64,000 nt of DNA from Spirochaetia bacterium (GTDB lineage Bacteria; Spirochaetota; Spirochaetia; UBA9216), in NCBI GenBank assembly GCA_965140585.1, contig OZ223272.1:274775-338774 (forward strand), given 5' to 3'. Both the position numbers and the translations under genes were made by a program. Positions 26,875 through 37,154 of this stretch are shown here, one piece after another. Every line of letters begins with the position of its first letter. Position 1 is the first letter of the stretch. The notes under the pieces were generated by a model, which did no database searches, was not told where the DNA came from, and saw nothing but the letters and a program-made list of their open reading frames with translations.

Positions 26875-29286
26875 TTATAAAGTATGGGACATTCGGTTAA
26901 TTACCTCGTCCTGAATACCGTCTGTAAGGCGTGTGAAGTAGGCACTGTAGCCTGCAACCCGAACAACCAATTCAGGATGATCCTCGGGATGAACCTTTGC
27001 ATCAACCATATCTTCACGGTTAACAATATTAAACTGAATATGCTTACCGCCGTTAGTCAGGTAGGTCTTAATCAAGGCCCCGAGTTTCTTTAAATCACTT
27101 TCAGTTTTCATGTTCGTAGGATGAAACTTCATGTTCATCAGTGTTCCCTGGTAGGGATCCTGGTTGACTTTCATGGCACTCTTGAAAACTGCTGTAGGTC
27201 CGTGGACATCCTGACCATGATCGGGAGACAATGAAGCATCTGCAAGAATCTCTCCGCCCTTTCTTCCATCTGCAGTAGCTCCTGTACAGGCGCCGCCGGG
27301 CTGATGTGCAGAAATTGAAATTGCGTTCGGCTTGAGCGAATCACCATAGGCGCATGGCAGGCTGTGGCAGGTATCGGCATGGAGCTGATAAACTTCTGCA
27401 ACCATTGCATCAACTTCAGAATCATCGTTACCGTATTTGGGCACTGCAGCAAAATCAGTCTGCATTTCTTCATATCCAACCCAGTCTGCATCAAGGGCTT
27501 CCATCAGCTGCTTCATGGTGTATTTCTTTTCATCGAAGACAAGCTTCTTGATGGCGTACATGGCGTTACCTGTATTTACACCGCCGACTGCGCCGAGAAC
27601 CGCACCGTTTTCAAAATCAAAACGGCGGTTAAACATATCCTTACCAACCTTGACCCCGTCTTTCATAAGTGAAGATCTGAAGACATCCGGAAAGAGATCA
27701 CGCTCTGCTATAAGCTCTACGTTGATTCGCTCATTTGCCATGCTCATCAGATGTTTTATCTGGGCATGCATTGCAGCCTTGAACTCATCAAAGGTTTTCA
27801 TTTCAGTGACATCGCCTGTCTGCATACCGACCATTTCCTCTGTATAGCGGCAGTATCCGTTATGCATGCAGATATCCATAGCCTGGGGTATGATAAAAAA
27901 GCAGGCTACCTGAGTTCTGGTTACAGAAGGAACGTTGGCATCAACACAACCTGTTGCTACATAATCTCTGGCAACTTCAATCGAAAGCTTGTTTTTGTCG
28001 CTCTGTGAAGTAAAGAAGTTGATGTTTGATTCATCACCGAGAAAGGCTGGAAGACCGAGTCCGCTTCTTACGCACTCAAGCGCCTTAACCATCAGTTTTT
28101 CAGGAGTTCCTTTATGAACACGGACAGTTATGGTGTGGTGGGGAAGATGCGTATCGAGTGCCGCATCAAGAAGAAGATAGCTCAGCTCATTTGTAGCATC
28201 GCTGCCGTCAGCCTTCTGACCGCCGATTGTCCAGTTATACCACTTTGCCATACCCGCATTCTTTGCCCTGTTTGCCTTTCCTGATACACGGTTGATTTTC
28301 ATAACTTTGCAGCGCATGATTTCAAGGAGTTCGAGAATCTTATCGTCATCGCTTCGGCCGCTGTCGATATCGGCCTTATAGAAGGGATACATGTACTGAT
28401 CAAAACGGCCGGCTGTTGATGTAGGTGAAGGACATACGAGCAGGAAGGTAAACCAGAAAGACTGCAGTGCTTCATGGAATGTTTCAGCAGGTTCATATGG
28501 AACCTTGCGGCAGATTCTGGCCATCTCGACAAGTTCAGACTTTCTGTCGGCATTGCTTTCAGCCTCAGCCATCTTCTCGGCAAGATCAGCATAACGGCCT
28601 GCAAAGCGGACCCATGCTTCATAAACAATGATTATACCTTCCCAGAAGTTTCTCTTTTCGATTGCATCTGAAGAATCATAGCGGAGGTCAAGAAGACACT
28701 GCTTTGCTTCTTCAATTACAGACTTTGCTCCGCCGTTAAGGATACGTGAGTAGTCAATTCCAACCAGAGAAAAGCCCGGGCCCAGACCGTATCCTGACAT
28801 TGCAAATCCGCCGCCGGAACCTCCGGTTCTGTCCTTCCATGGAGGAAGTATTGTTCCTGATTTCATGAAAGGCCATAGACGTTCTGTCATTCCGAGAGAT
28901 TTACCCATTGTCTCAACCAGGTTGCTGTTGAGTGAATTTCCGGCAAAGCGTTCGTTGAGTTCGTAAAGTTCTTTCTCATCTTCAGGATCGATGGTATAGA
29001 TTTCACTTTTAAGCGACTCTACTTCATCCTGTGTCCAAACGCCGTATTCATACTGCATCTCAAGACCGAAGGGCTTGCTTGCACCTGAGCCGCAGAGTAA
29101 GTCATCCTCTTCAATAAATATATCAATGTTATCAAGAATATGTGCGTGCAGTTTTGATCGGCGCAGCAGCATCGGCTCTCCGGCTGTCATATCCAGCGAC
29201 TCATTTGCCAGCCTGAACAGCTGAATACACAGCGGATATTTATTGACCCGCAGACTTTCTTTCATTCGTTCAACACGACCTGTCAT
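26875..29286 (-). CDS. Glycyl-radical enzyme (PFL2/glycerol-dehydratase-type fold), intact, with no adjacent activase
   Basis: It is 803 aa with the C-terminal Gly-radical motif 'RVAGYSAYF'. The mid-protein Cys-loop reads 'ATGCVDANV'. Confidence 0.8.
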   Translation of the reverse strand: MTGRVERMKESLRVNKYPLCIQLFRLANESLDMTAGEPMLLRRSKLHAHILDNIDIFIEEDDLLCGSGASKPFGLEMQYEYGVWTQDEVESLKSEIYTIDPEDEKELYELNERFAGNSLNSNLVETMGKSLGMTERLWPFMKSGTILPPWKDRTGGSGGGFAMSGYGLGPGFSLVGIDYSRILNGGAKSVIEEAKQCLLDLRYDSSDAIEKRNFWEGIIIVYEAWVRFAGRYADLAEKMAEAESNADRKSELVEMARICRKVPYEPAETFHEALQSFWFTFLLVCPSPTSTAGRFDQYMYPFYKADIDSGRSDDDKILELLEIMRCKVMKINRVSGKANRAKNAGMAKWYNWTIGGQKADGSDATNELSYLLLDAALDTHLPHHTITVRVHKGTPEKLMVKALECVRSGLGLPAFLGDESNINFFTSQSDKNKLSIEVARDYVATGCVDANVPSVTRTQVACFFIIPQAMDICMHNGYCRYTEEMVGMQTGDVTEMKTFDEFKAAMHAQIKHLMSMANERINVELIAERDLFPDVFRSSLMKDGVKVGKDMFNRRFDFENGAVLGAVGGVNTGNAMYAIKKLVFDEKKYTMKQLMEALDADWVGYEEMQTDFAAVPKYGNDDSEVDAMVAEVYQLHADTCHSLPCAYGDSLKPNAISISAHQPGGACTGATADGRKGGEILADASLSPDHGQDVHGPTAVFKSAMKVNQDPYQGTLMNMKFHPTNMKTESDLKKLGALIKTYLTNGGKHIQFNIVNREDMVDAKVHPEDHPELVVRVAGYSAYFTRLTDGIQDEVINRMSHTL

Positions 29287-29469
29287 AGTAAACCCCTTAT
29301 TTATGCATTAATTGCGATTTAAATTTTCTATGTAATAAATCAGTTGGCTAAGCCTAACATGTTTATTCTTTAAATAAAAACAAATCATCCCCGGAAAATT
29401 AAAGTCTGTGACATGCATACAAACAGCCTTCCGGGTAATGTGCTCATTGCATATGCAAAAGCATATGTT

Positions 29470-30630
29470 CTAAGCAATAATAACCTCATCCCCTTCTATG
29501 CTGTACGCAGTTTCTATATTCATCATCTGATCAATATTCTTCATGTAATCAAATATAGTATTAAATAGCGGATCATCATTCTTCACCGCGTAGGGCTTGA
29601 AATCATCAGGAATGTAGACCGGAATATAGGAGACGCGATCTATCTTTTTGTCTTTAACTGAAATCTTGGCTATCATTGAATAGTAGCAGTCTTCAGGGAA
29701 GGTCTTTGCCGCGTTGCCGGTGCCGAATCCCTTGCGTATCTTGGCCATCTCCTGATGTTTTTTTGACGTACGCATATCCTGACGCAGAGTTTTTTTATCG
29801 CGTTCCATTTTATCAGGGTCGGTCATTGCAAAATTGCCCAGTGAATAGAAGATAACCTTACCCTTGTAGACTTCGATAGGTTTGAGGATATGAGCATGGT
29901 GCCCCAGAATTAGATCCGCCCCGGCATCAATTGCTTCATATGCATATTCTCTCTGATACTCGGCAATCTCGGCCTTGGTAAAATGAATACCCCAATGCAT
30001 TGAAACAACAACTATATCAGCCTGCTTTTTAGCCTGAGCAATATCATCAAGCAGATGCACCTTGTCCTGTTTGTGAGCCCAGCTGTGCACTCTGCAGGGT
30101 GTTCCCGGCTGATCATGCTCTATCTGCTCATAGTATGTATGCCCGCGTGCAGGGTTAACACCGGGACGGGCTTCCTGCGCCCAGTAATCCTGCGGCAGTA
30201 TTGTGCAGTAGCCGAGAAAGGCAATCTTTGTTCCGTCACGCTCAATCACTGAAAAGCGGCGGGCGTCTTCTTCGTTTTCACCGGCGCCGATAACTTCCAT
30301 ACCTGCATTCCTCAGATAATCAACTGTATTAAGGAAATGAAAACGGCCGTAGTCAAGCGAGTGGTTTGAGGCGAATGATACTATATCAAAGCCGGCATCC
30401 TTAAGCACCGGAGCTACTTTCGGATCTGAAGAGCAGGGCATTCGAGCCTGTGAAGCAGCAAATGGAAACAGGTCATCAATTTTTTCATCGATGAGAACGG
30501 TTTCAAGCTGACCGAATGTAATATCAGCATCCTGAAGTATTGGTGCAACATGGTCGTACAGACCATCATAGTATCCCATTCCCGGAATATTATCTCCTAC
30601 CCCCAGAATGGTTATGTTTTCTTTATTCAT
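29470..30630 (-). CDS. CapA/PGA_cap-family metallophosphoesterase-like protein
   Basis: 'ILGVGDNIPGMGYYDGL...VSFASNHSLDYG...GHHAHILKPIEVYKGKVIFYSLGNF' matches the CapA family. Confidence 0.7.
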   Translation of the reverse strand: MNKENITILGVGDNIPGMGYYDGLYDHVAPILQDADITFGQLETVLIDEKIDDLFPFAASQARMPCSSDPKVAPVLKDAGFDIVSFASNHSLDYGRFHFLNTVDYLRNAGMEVIGAGENEEDARRFSVIERDGTKIAFLGYCTILPQDYWAQEARPGVNPARGHTYYEQIEHDQPGTPCRVHSWAHKQDKVHLLDDIAQAKKQADIVVVSMHWGIHFTKAEIAEYQREYAYEAIDAGADLILGHHAHILKPIEVYKGKVIFYSLGNFAMTDPDKMERDKKTLRQDMRTSKKHQEMAKIRKGFGTGNAAKTFPEDCYYSMIAKISVKDKKIDRVSYIPVYIPDDFKPYAVKNDDPLFNTIFDYMKNIDQMMNIETAYSIEGDEVIIA

Positions 30631-30644
30631 ATATTTAATCCTTA

Positions 30645-32024
30645 TTAAAGAAGTTCTGTAAACTCGCAGATGTTTTTACAGTCTTCGAGAGTTCTGATTG
30701 AAGATTTCAGCAGGTCAAGTTCCTGCTGAGTCTTAGGGTTAACTGCATTTTGTGCGCAGGAATCAAACTTCAGAGCAAACATGTTTTCATCCATCGGATT
30801 CTCAGGAGTACCGAAGGGGTTTGTAACCATGCGTTCAAATGTACCTACGGCGGTTTCGATAACAACCTTAGTCCAGGCCTCCTTTCCCCGCTGCCAGTCT
30901 TCCATATATGTATAATCGATAAGTGAAGCCAGAGCCCTGACTTGCTTATCCTGAAGGTTTTCCTTACTGAAACTGTTTAAATCAACATTCCCCTTGATTA
31001 GAGCTGTAGCCATTGTAAAGGGAATACTGAACTTCCCAATTATTGATGATTCGGGATTCCGTCTTTCATCAAGCGGCTCAAAAAGCATTTTGTTCTGAGC
31101 TCCGATTGAGACCTGAATATGTTTTATGTCTTCAGCCTTTACATTCTCTTCTTTCGCAATAATTGAAGCTGCGGTGATTGATGAATGAGTTCCCAAACAG
31201 CAGGGCCATACCTTGAATGTAAGATCGCCTGCCTCGTAATGAATACCCAGACCGTCAAAGGCCTTCTCTGCGGTATAGTTGTCATGAAGAAATGCATGAT
31301 AAAAGCCAAGCTCCCCTTCAAGCGGGGCATCAAAACCAGTAAGCCCCTCCCGGGCCATACAGCAGGCGACAATAGCATTTCTGGCAGTAAAGGATTCACG
31401 AATGGACCTTAGAGCAGTATTCGGATTGTTGACGAGCTCACTACTGCAGGTGCTTTGACAGAGATTAAAAGAAAAAGCGCTTACAATCTGCTCAGCATTT
31501 AAACCCATAATCTTTGCAACAGCCGCGGTTGCTCCGTAGGATGAATAGATTGTGGGGATGTAAAATCCGTACTCAAGTGTATTAACATCGGCTGCCAGGG
31601 CAATGCGGACTGCAACCTCGCTTCCGAGCACCAGGGCTTCAAGAAGTTTTTTGCCTGATACGTTTCCCATCGTCTCTGCCATTGCCAGAGCTGCAGGAAA
31701 ACTTGATGAGTTTGAATGGATTGTGCTTCGTAAATGAGTATCTCCGAAATCCAGAGAGTGCGCCATTGAAGCATTGGCAAACGCCGCCCAGGCTGCGGGC
31801 AGACGTTCCCGGAATCCTATTACAGCAGCTTCCCCGCTTCCTCCGGCCGACAGTTCCTTCGCAATTTTAAGCATCTGGCTGCAGCCGTCCCCCAGACCGG
31901 AAGCGCCGAGTGTAATTGCCACGGCATCCATCACCGATTTCTTCTGAGTCTCTATAACACGCGGATCAATATCATCATATACAGTTTCTGCCACAAATTC
32001 TGCGAGAGTATGGGAAAGGTTCAT
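30645..32024 (-). CDS. MmgE/PrpD-family protein (2-methylcitrate dehydratase / cis-aconitate decarboxylase / IDS-epimerase superfamily)
   Basis: It is 459 aa, and its N-terminus 'LAEFVAETVYDDIDPRVIETQKKSVMDAVAITLGAS' is typical of the family. Confidence 0.7.
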   Translation of the reverse strand: MNLSHTLAEFVAETVYDDIDPRVIETQKKSVMDAVAITLGASGLGDGCSQMLKIAKELSAGGSGEAAVIGFRERLPAAWAAFANASMAHSLDFGDTHLRSTIHSNSSSFPAALAMAETMGNVSGKKLLEALVLGSEVAVRIALAADVNTLEYGFYIPTIYSSYGATAAVAKIMGLNAEQIVSAFSFNLCQSTCSSELVNNPNTALRSIRESFTARNAIVACCMAREGLTGFDAPLEGELGFYHAFLHDNYTAEKAFDGLGIHYEAGDLTFKVWPCCLGTHSSITAASIIAKEENVKAEDIKHIQVSIGAQNKMLFEPLDERRNPESSIIGKFSIPFTMATALIKGNVDLNSFSKENLQDKQVRALASLIDYTYMEDWQRGKEAWTKVVIETAVGTFERMVTNPFGTPENPMDENMFALKFDSCAQNAVNPKTQQELDLLKSSIRTLEDCKNICEFTELL

Positions 32025-32115
32025 AAAGACTCCTGGTAATCTTTTATTTCTTTTAATACAGGGAAGCCCTTAGGGCTTCCCCAATTGGTTTTATTTTTAA
32101 ATGTTAAGCGGGGGA

Positions 32116-33180
32116 TTATTTTGCCATTTCAACAATATCTTTAATTATTGGATCAAGTCTGTTCCATTCATCCATAACTTCTTTACCCGGCCATGTGTAG
32201 TACTTTGAAGTTCCGCCGTTAATAAGAGTTCTCTCATAGTAATCACCCTCTGTCTCTGCGCCGAGAGCATCAATGACTTCTGCAATTTGAGCAACAATTT
32301 CATCAGGAGTGGCTGCCGGAGCTACGAACATTGAGCGGTTGGGAATAGCAAGAGCCTTGCCTTTTTCTTCACCGAAAACATCGATAAGTGTAGGAACACT
32401 CATGATGATGTCCTTTTCTTCACCGTCTTTGTAGTAGGAATAATCAGCATTGTCACGTGAGTTGATGATTGCCTTAACCTTGTCATCCTTGAGGTAGCCG
32501 CTGGCTGCCCATTCATCAAGAATAATTATATTTATATTTCCGCCTAAAAGGCCGGCAGAGGCATCTGCATTTGTAGTTGAAACCCATCTGATATCTTTTG
32601 CTACGCCGGTTCCGTTAAACAGACCCTTCATTTTGATATCCATAACTTTTCCGGCAATAGAGGCTACTGTTACTTTTCCGGGGTTGGCTTTTGCATATGC
32701 TGCAAGTTCTTCCCAGTTGCTGTAGGGCTGATTTGCTTGAGTTACGAGAATACATCCTGAATCCGGATAGGGCTGAATAGCTCCGCATACAAGCTTAAAC
32801 TGGCTTGTATCGCAGGGGTTAACTGACCACAGACCACTGTAGTAGTTTGCAATACAGTTCATACCGATAAGCATAAGAGTCTGTCCGTCCGGATCAGCAT
32901 GAACAAGCTGGGTAGCAAGGTTGGCCCCGCCGCCTGTATCGTTGTTCTCAATTCGAACTGTTGCACCTGTCTTGTCTGTAATCCAGTCTGCTACTGTATG
33001 GATATTGATATCGGTCCTTGAACCGACAGCATAACCTGCCAGAATTGTAATGTCACCATTGGGCCATGATGCTGATTCAGAAGATTTAGCTGATGAACCT
33101 TCTGCGGATTTTGTTTTGTCACAACCGGAGAGACTGAAGATCAGTCCAACTGCTATGAGTAATACAATTACCTTTTTCAT
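32116..33180 (-). CDS. tctC: Tripartite tricarboxylate transporter substrate-binding lipoprotein (TctC/Bug family)
   Basis: It starts at MKKVIVLL with GGAGG upstream. It has lipobox 'LSGC' and a Bug-family-length mature domain. It is adjacent to tctA and tctB. Confidence 0.7.
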   Translation of the reverse strand: MKKVIVLLIAVGLIFSLSGCDKTKSAEGSSAKSSESASWPNGDITILAGYAVGSRTDINIHTVADWITDKTGATVRIENNDTGGGANLATQLVHADPDGQTLMLIGMNCIANYYSGLWSVNPCDTSQFKLVCGAIQPYPDSGCILVTQANQPYSNWEELAAYAKANPGKVTVASIAGKVMDIKMKGLFNGTGVAKDIRWVSTTNADASAGLLGGNINIIILDEWAASGYLKDDKVKAIINSRDNADYSYYKDGEEKDIIMSVPTLIDVFGEEKGKALAIPNRSMFVAPAATPDEIVAQIAEVIDALGAETEGDYYERTLINGGTSKYYTWPGKEVMDEWNRLDPIIKDIVEMAK

Positions 33181-33248
33181 TTCTTCCTCCAAATTTATAT
33201 TCAAATACAGGTTGCCCTGTTATTTGCGAAGATTTTTAAAATTTCCAT

Positions 33249-34769
33249 TTATTTGACTGCTGCCGCAGCTTTTCTTTCGGCTATGGCCTTCTTGATAACA
33301 GGTCCCACGAAACCGTATATAAGAACACCAAGTCCTACTATGATAAATACGCAGGATATAGGTCTGCGGAAAAACTCTGAAAAACCGTTTATTGAATAAT
33401 TCAGCCCCCTTCTGATATTAAGTTCAAGCATGGGCGAAAGTATGAATGCCATCAGAAAAGGCAGACTCGGCACCCCGAAGACATCCATAACTATCCCCAG
33501 CAGACAGAAGAACAGCGCGACCATCAGACCGAAGAAGCTTCCTGTAGTCATGAAAGCACCGGTCAAAGCCAGAATTACAACCATTGAATAGAGGTAGTGA
33601 TAGGGAATCTTCAGCAGAGCTGGAAAGGTCTTCATACAGAATGTTTCATACAGAAGACAGATTACTGCAGCAATAAGGGCTGCAATAAAAATGATGTAAA
33701 CGATCATCGGCTGTTCACGCATGAACATCGGACCTACGTTTATTCCCTTAACATTCAGGGCAGTAATAAACTGAACATTGGCCGCGTCTCCGGGAATACC
33801 CAGTGCGATAAGCGGAATAAGAGCACCGCCGATTGCGGAGTTCTTGGCAATTTCGGGACAGAGAACACCGGCAATCTCACCCTTGCCCCATTTGGACTTG
33901 TCCTTTGCAAGCATTCTCTCGGTGGAATAGCCCATAACAGAGGCAACAGGACCGCCGAGGCCCGGAAGGAATCCTACAACAGCACCGAGGATCCAGGATC
34001 TCAGTACGGGAAGTTTATTCTTTGAAAGGTCTTTTCCGGGCCACTTGTACCCGCCGACCTTGATATCGATTTTCTGTTCAGTCTTACTTGCCCTCGCATA
34101 TTCAAGTAGAATAATCTTGGCGGCAAAAAGGCCAAGCATTACGCTGATAAGGTTCAGGCCCTTTAGGAACTCAAGACGTCCGAAAAGTAAAAAACGTCCG
34201 CTTGCATTTATGGGGTCTTCACCGATTGAAGCCAGAAAGATTGCAAGGCCTACACCAATCATACTCTTTACGAGGTTGCCTTTGGACAGTCCTACAACCA
34301 TCAGAATTGCGCAGAAACATAAGGCGGCATATTCCCATGGCCCAAGTTTAACCGCCCATATTGCAATGCCGCGGCAGGCAAAGATTGCAAGGATGATTGA
34401 AGGGAAGGTTCCCAGAAAGTTAACTGTTACCGCTGCGCTTAAGGGGCGGACAGGGTCTCCCTGCTTGGTAAACTCGTACCCGTCCCAGACCGTTGCCAGC
34501 GAAGAGGCAGTGCCTGGAATTCCCAGAAGAATTGAACCGATACATCCGCCGGACATACCTCCTATTACAATTGAAATAAACAGCGCCAGAACCAGGTTGG
34601 TATCCAGACGATAGGCTATAGGTAATAAAATTACCATCAACGTTGAGCTTCCCAGGCCGGGAATAGCTCCAAGCACGATTCCGCCCAGGGCTCCCGCTAT
34701 TATGTATATAAGTCCTGTAGGCGTAAAAATATTATGCAGTGCACCAAAAATTAAATCCATTATTTCCAT
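33249..34769 (-). CDS. tctA: Tripartite tricarboxylate transporter large permease TctA
   Basis: It is a 506-aa polytopic protein with a TctA-like duplicated architecture. Confidence 0.75.
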   Translation of the reverse strand: MEIMDLIFGALHNIFTPTGLIYIIAGALGGIVLGAIPGLGSSTLMVILLPIAYRLDTNLVLALFISIVIGGMSGGCIGSILLGIPGTASSLATVWDGYEFTKQGDPVRPLSAAVTVNFLGTFPSIILAIFACRGIAIWAVKLGPWEYAALCFCAILMVVGLSKGNLVKSMIGVGLAIFLASIGEDPINASGRFLLFGRLEFLKGLNLISVMLGLFAAKIILLEYARASKTEQKIDIKVGGYKWPGKDLSKNKLPVLRSWILGAVVGFLPGLGGPVASVMGYSTERMLAKDKSKWGKGEIAGVLCPEIAKNSAIGGALIPLIALGIPGDAANVQFITALNVKGINVGPMFMREQPMIVYIIFIAALIAAVICLLYETFCMKTFPALLKIPYHYLYSMVVILALTGAFMTTGSFFGLMVALFFCLLGIVMDVFGVPSLPFLMAFILSPMLELNIRRGLNYSINGFSEFFRRPISCVFIIVGLGVLIYGFVGPVIKKAIAERKAAAAVK

Positions 34770-34781
34770 TATTTTTTATCC

Positions 34782-35276
34782 TCAGTAGAGAAGTTTAAAT
34801 ACCAAACCTTCGGGAAGCCTTGCGTTAAGACCTACAACATACGCAAGGTATACACAAACGCTGGCAATTACCGCATAGATAAGGCTTTTCAGAATACGCT
34901 TTTTCAGCTCAAGCTCCTTCAGCGACAGCCTGCTCATAAGAAAGGTAAGAGTGAAGGCAATAATCGGAAGAGAGAGCATAAATCCCAGAAGGAAAAACAG
35001 AAGAGCAACTCCGATATAAACACCGAACATGGTAAGTGCCGAGAGCCACTGTTTACGGGTAAGGAAGGTACCCGCCACCTTACCAGGCTTGATAATCAGC
35101 GCAATTCCGCAGATAAGCATAATTGCGGCACCGGTCATCGGGAACATTTTGGGACCCGGGTCACCGTCATATCCTGAAGCCCTGAGCTGCATTGAAAGAA
35201 TAGTAATCAACGCAGCAATCACAATAGTAGCAACACCAAGGATAAAATCTTTCTTGTTTTTTATATATTCAGTCAT
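34782..35276 (-). CDS. tctB: Tripartite tricarboxylate transporter small subunit TctB
   Basis: It is a 164-aa four-TM protein immediately upstream of tctA. Confidence 0.65.
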   Translation of the reverse strand: MTEYIKNKKDFILGVATIVIAALITILSMQLRASGYDGDPGPKMFPMTGAAIMLICGIALIIKPGKVAGTFLTRKQWLSALTMFGVYIGVALLFFLLGFMLSLPIIAFTLTFLMSRLSLKELELKKRILKSLIYAVIASVCVYLAYVVGLNARLPEGLVFKLLY

Positions 35277-35577
35277 TTTGAAATTTCCGTTTTAAATAGT
35301 TTGGGTCTGAGCGCAGCACGAGGCGGGCAATTCATGTAGATCTCCTTTAATAAAAATTTTCTTTTCCTTTGATTCTCAGGCTAACACGTTTTAGTTTTTC
35401 CTTAAAAATCATTTTTTAAAGACGCCCGATAACCTGTGATAAAAGCACATTAATGGAAGTAATTTTTGTACTTTTCGCACACCGGCCTGCTCAAACGGTT
35501 TAATTCGACAAAACCAGCGATTAAGAATATAATCAAGCCTTAAGTTCCGTTTTTAAACATTCAGGAGTACAAAAACA

Positions 35578-37143
35578 ATGCTTTATCTGTCATATCTATT
35601 CCAGCATCTGAGGCAGTGCACCGTTTACGCCGATGAAAAGAACCTGCCGGAAACATGCCCGCAGGAAGTTGATTTTATAGATGATCAGAAAAGCCTTTGC
35701 GCAGATAAGACATGGATAGGCGCGGGCGAGGAAACAGTAAGAAATCTTCAAAATGCCGAAATTGAACCCGGTACTGTAATTTTTATATGTGAACACAAAT
35801 CAAATTATGTGATCCTGAACAAGAATCCTGAAATTACGGTTATATACCTTTCCTGTCCGCGGACGAACCTTTTTATTATGATCAACAAAATACTCACTCT
35901 CAGGCAGATCTGGCTTGATAAATATGCCACAGCTGATGATCAGTCCTTATACGCAATGCTTAATCTGACATCCGATTTTGCAGAATCTCCGGTCATTCTG
36001 CTGAATCCGAATTACCGCATCGTACTCAGCTGCAAATTGGAAGAAAGCAAATTTCTAGCCGGACATCTGGACCAGACAGGAGCTCTCCCAAAAAAAATTG
36101 CAGACTCTATTTTTATAAACAGATCGGAGAAGCATTTACCGGTTGAATACAAGGTAGCCGAGAGCGGTATTCGCCTTTACGGATACCGGATATATCACGA
36201 GGATCAGCTTGTTAGTGTTATCTTGATTGAAAGCAGCATTGAACAGACCGAGATTGACTGCAGGGGATTATGCGTCTGTGCCGGACAGGCGATTCACCGC
36301 CACATACTGCCGGCCAATTCGCTGAAGCTTGGAACCTATACAAAGGACTTCAGACAGTTCTGGATGGAAATAATGGATCAAAGCCTGACCCAGACCTTCG
36401 AGATAATTCAGAGACTGAGGCTGATGCCCTTTCCAATTGAAACCTTTGTCCGCGTGATTGTTGTAACATTCCGGAATAAAAACACAAAGCAGACGCCCTC
36501 AAGTTTTATATTTGCACAGCTGCGCGAAGTGTTTCCGGACTGCAATATGACGATTCACGAGAATGAGGTTGTGATTCTTCAAACCTATCCACAGCGGACA
36601 TTCAACCTAAACCTTGACACAAAAAGGCTTGAAACCATTCTTGAGCGGCACAACGGTTTCATTGGGATAAGCAACGGAACCAGGGATTTCGGAAACCTGC
36701 GCTCACTCTATATTCTGGCAAAAAACACAATTCCGCTGGCCTGCGAACTTAGGGAGAACCTAAAAGAGAGGATATTCTTTTACGAGGAGTTCTGGATATA
36801 TACCGCAATAGATATGTGCGCTCACAGGTTTTACGAACTTCATCACCATAACGACATAGTCTATCTGATTCATCCGGCGGTTGTGCACCTGACCAGATAC
36901 GACAGGGATCATAACACAAACCTTAGGGACACCCTGTTTTATTATCTGCTGAATGACCGCAACCTGGTAAAAACAGCGGCGGTTACCTATGCTCACAGAA
37001 ATACAGTCATAAATAAGGTTAATAAAATCAACAAACTCATTGAGCTTGATCTTGAGGACGGCATTCTGCGTCAGCGTATTATATTCTCATGCCAAATGAT
37101 AAGGTATCATGAAAAGTACATGAAACGCGAACTGAAGATATAA
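35578..37143 (+). CDS. PucR/CdaR-family transcriptional regulator, divergent from the tct operon
   Basis: The C-terminal PucR-type HTH reads 'LRDTLFYYLLNDRNLVKTAAVTYAHRNTVINKVNKINKLIELDLED'. Confidence 0.7.
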   Translation: MLYLSYLFQHLRQCTVYADEKNLPETCPQEVDFIDDQKSLCADKTWIGAGEETVRNLQNAEIEPGTVIFICEHKSNYVILNKNPEITVIYLSCPRTNLFIMINKILTLRQIWLDKYATADDQSLYAMLNLTSDFAESPVILLNPNYRIVLSCKLEESKFLAGHLDQTGALPKKIADSIFINRSEKHLPVEYKVAESGIRLYGYRIYHEDQLVSVILIESSIEQTEIDCRGLCVCAGQAIHRHILPANSLKLGTYTKDFRQFWMEIMDQSLTQTFEIIQRLRLMPFPIETFVRVIVVTFRNKNTKQTPSSFIFAQLREVFPDCNMTIHENEVVILQTYPQRTFNLNLDTKRLETILERHNGFIGISNGTRDFGNLRSLYILAKNTIPLACELRENLKERIFFYEEFWIYTAIDMCAHRFYELHHHNDIVYLIHPAVVHLTRYDRDHNTNLRDTLFYYLLNDRNLVKTAAVTYAHRNTVINKVNKINKLIELDLEDGILRQRIIFSCQMIRYHEKYMKRELKI

Positions 37144-37154
37144 GGTTCCCCGGA

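Noticed and set aside
27171-28671. A cluster of short ORFs within the GRE gene on both strands
   Set aside because: They are shadow ORFs of the 803-aa glycyl-radical enzyme. The intact long frame carries the diagnostic RVAGYSAYF motif.
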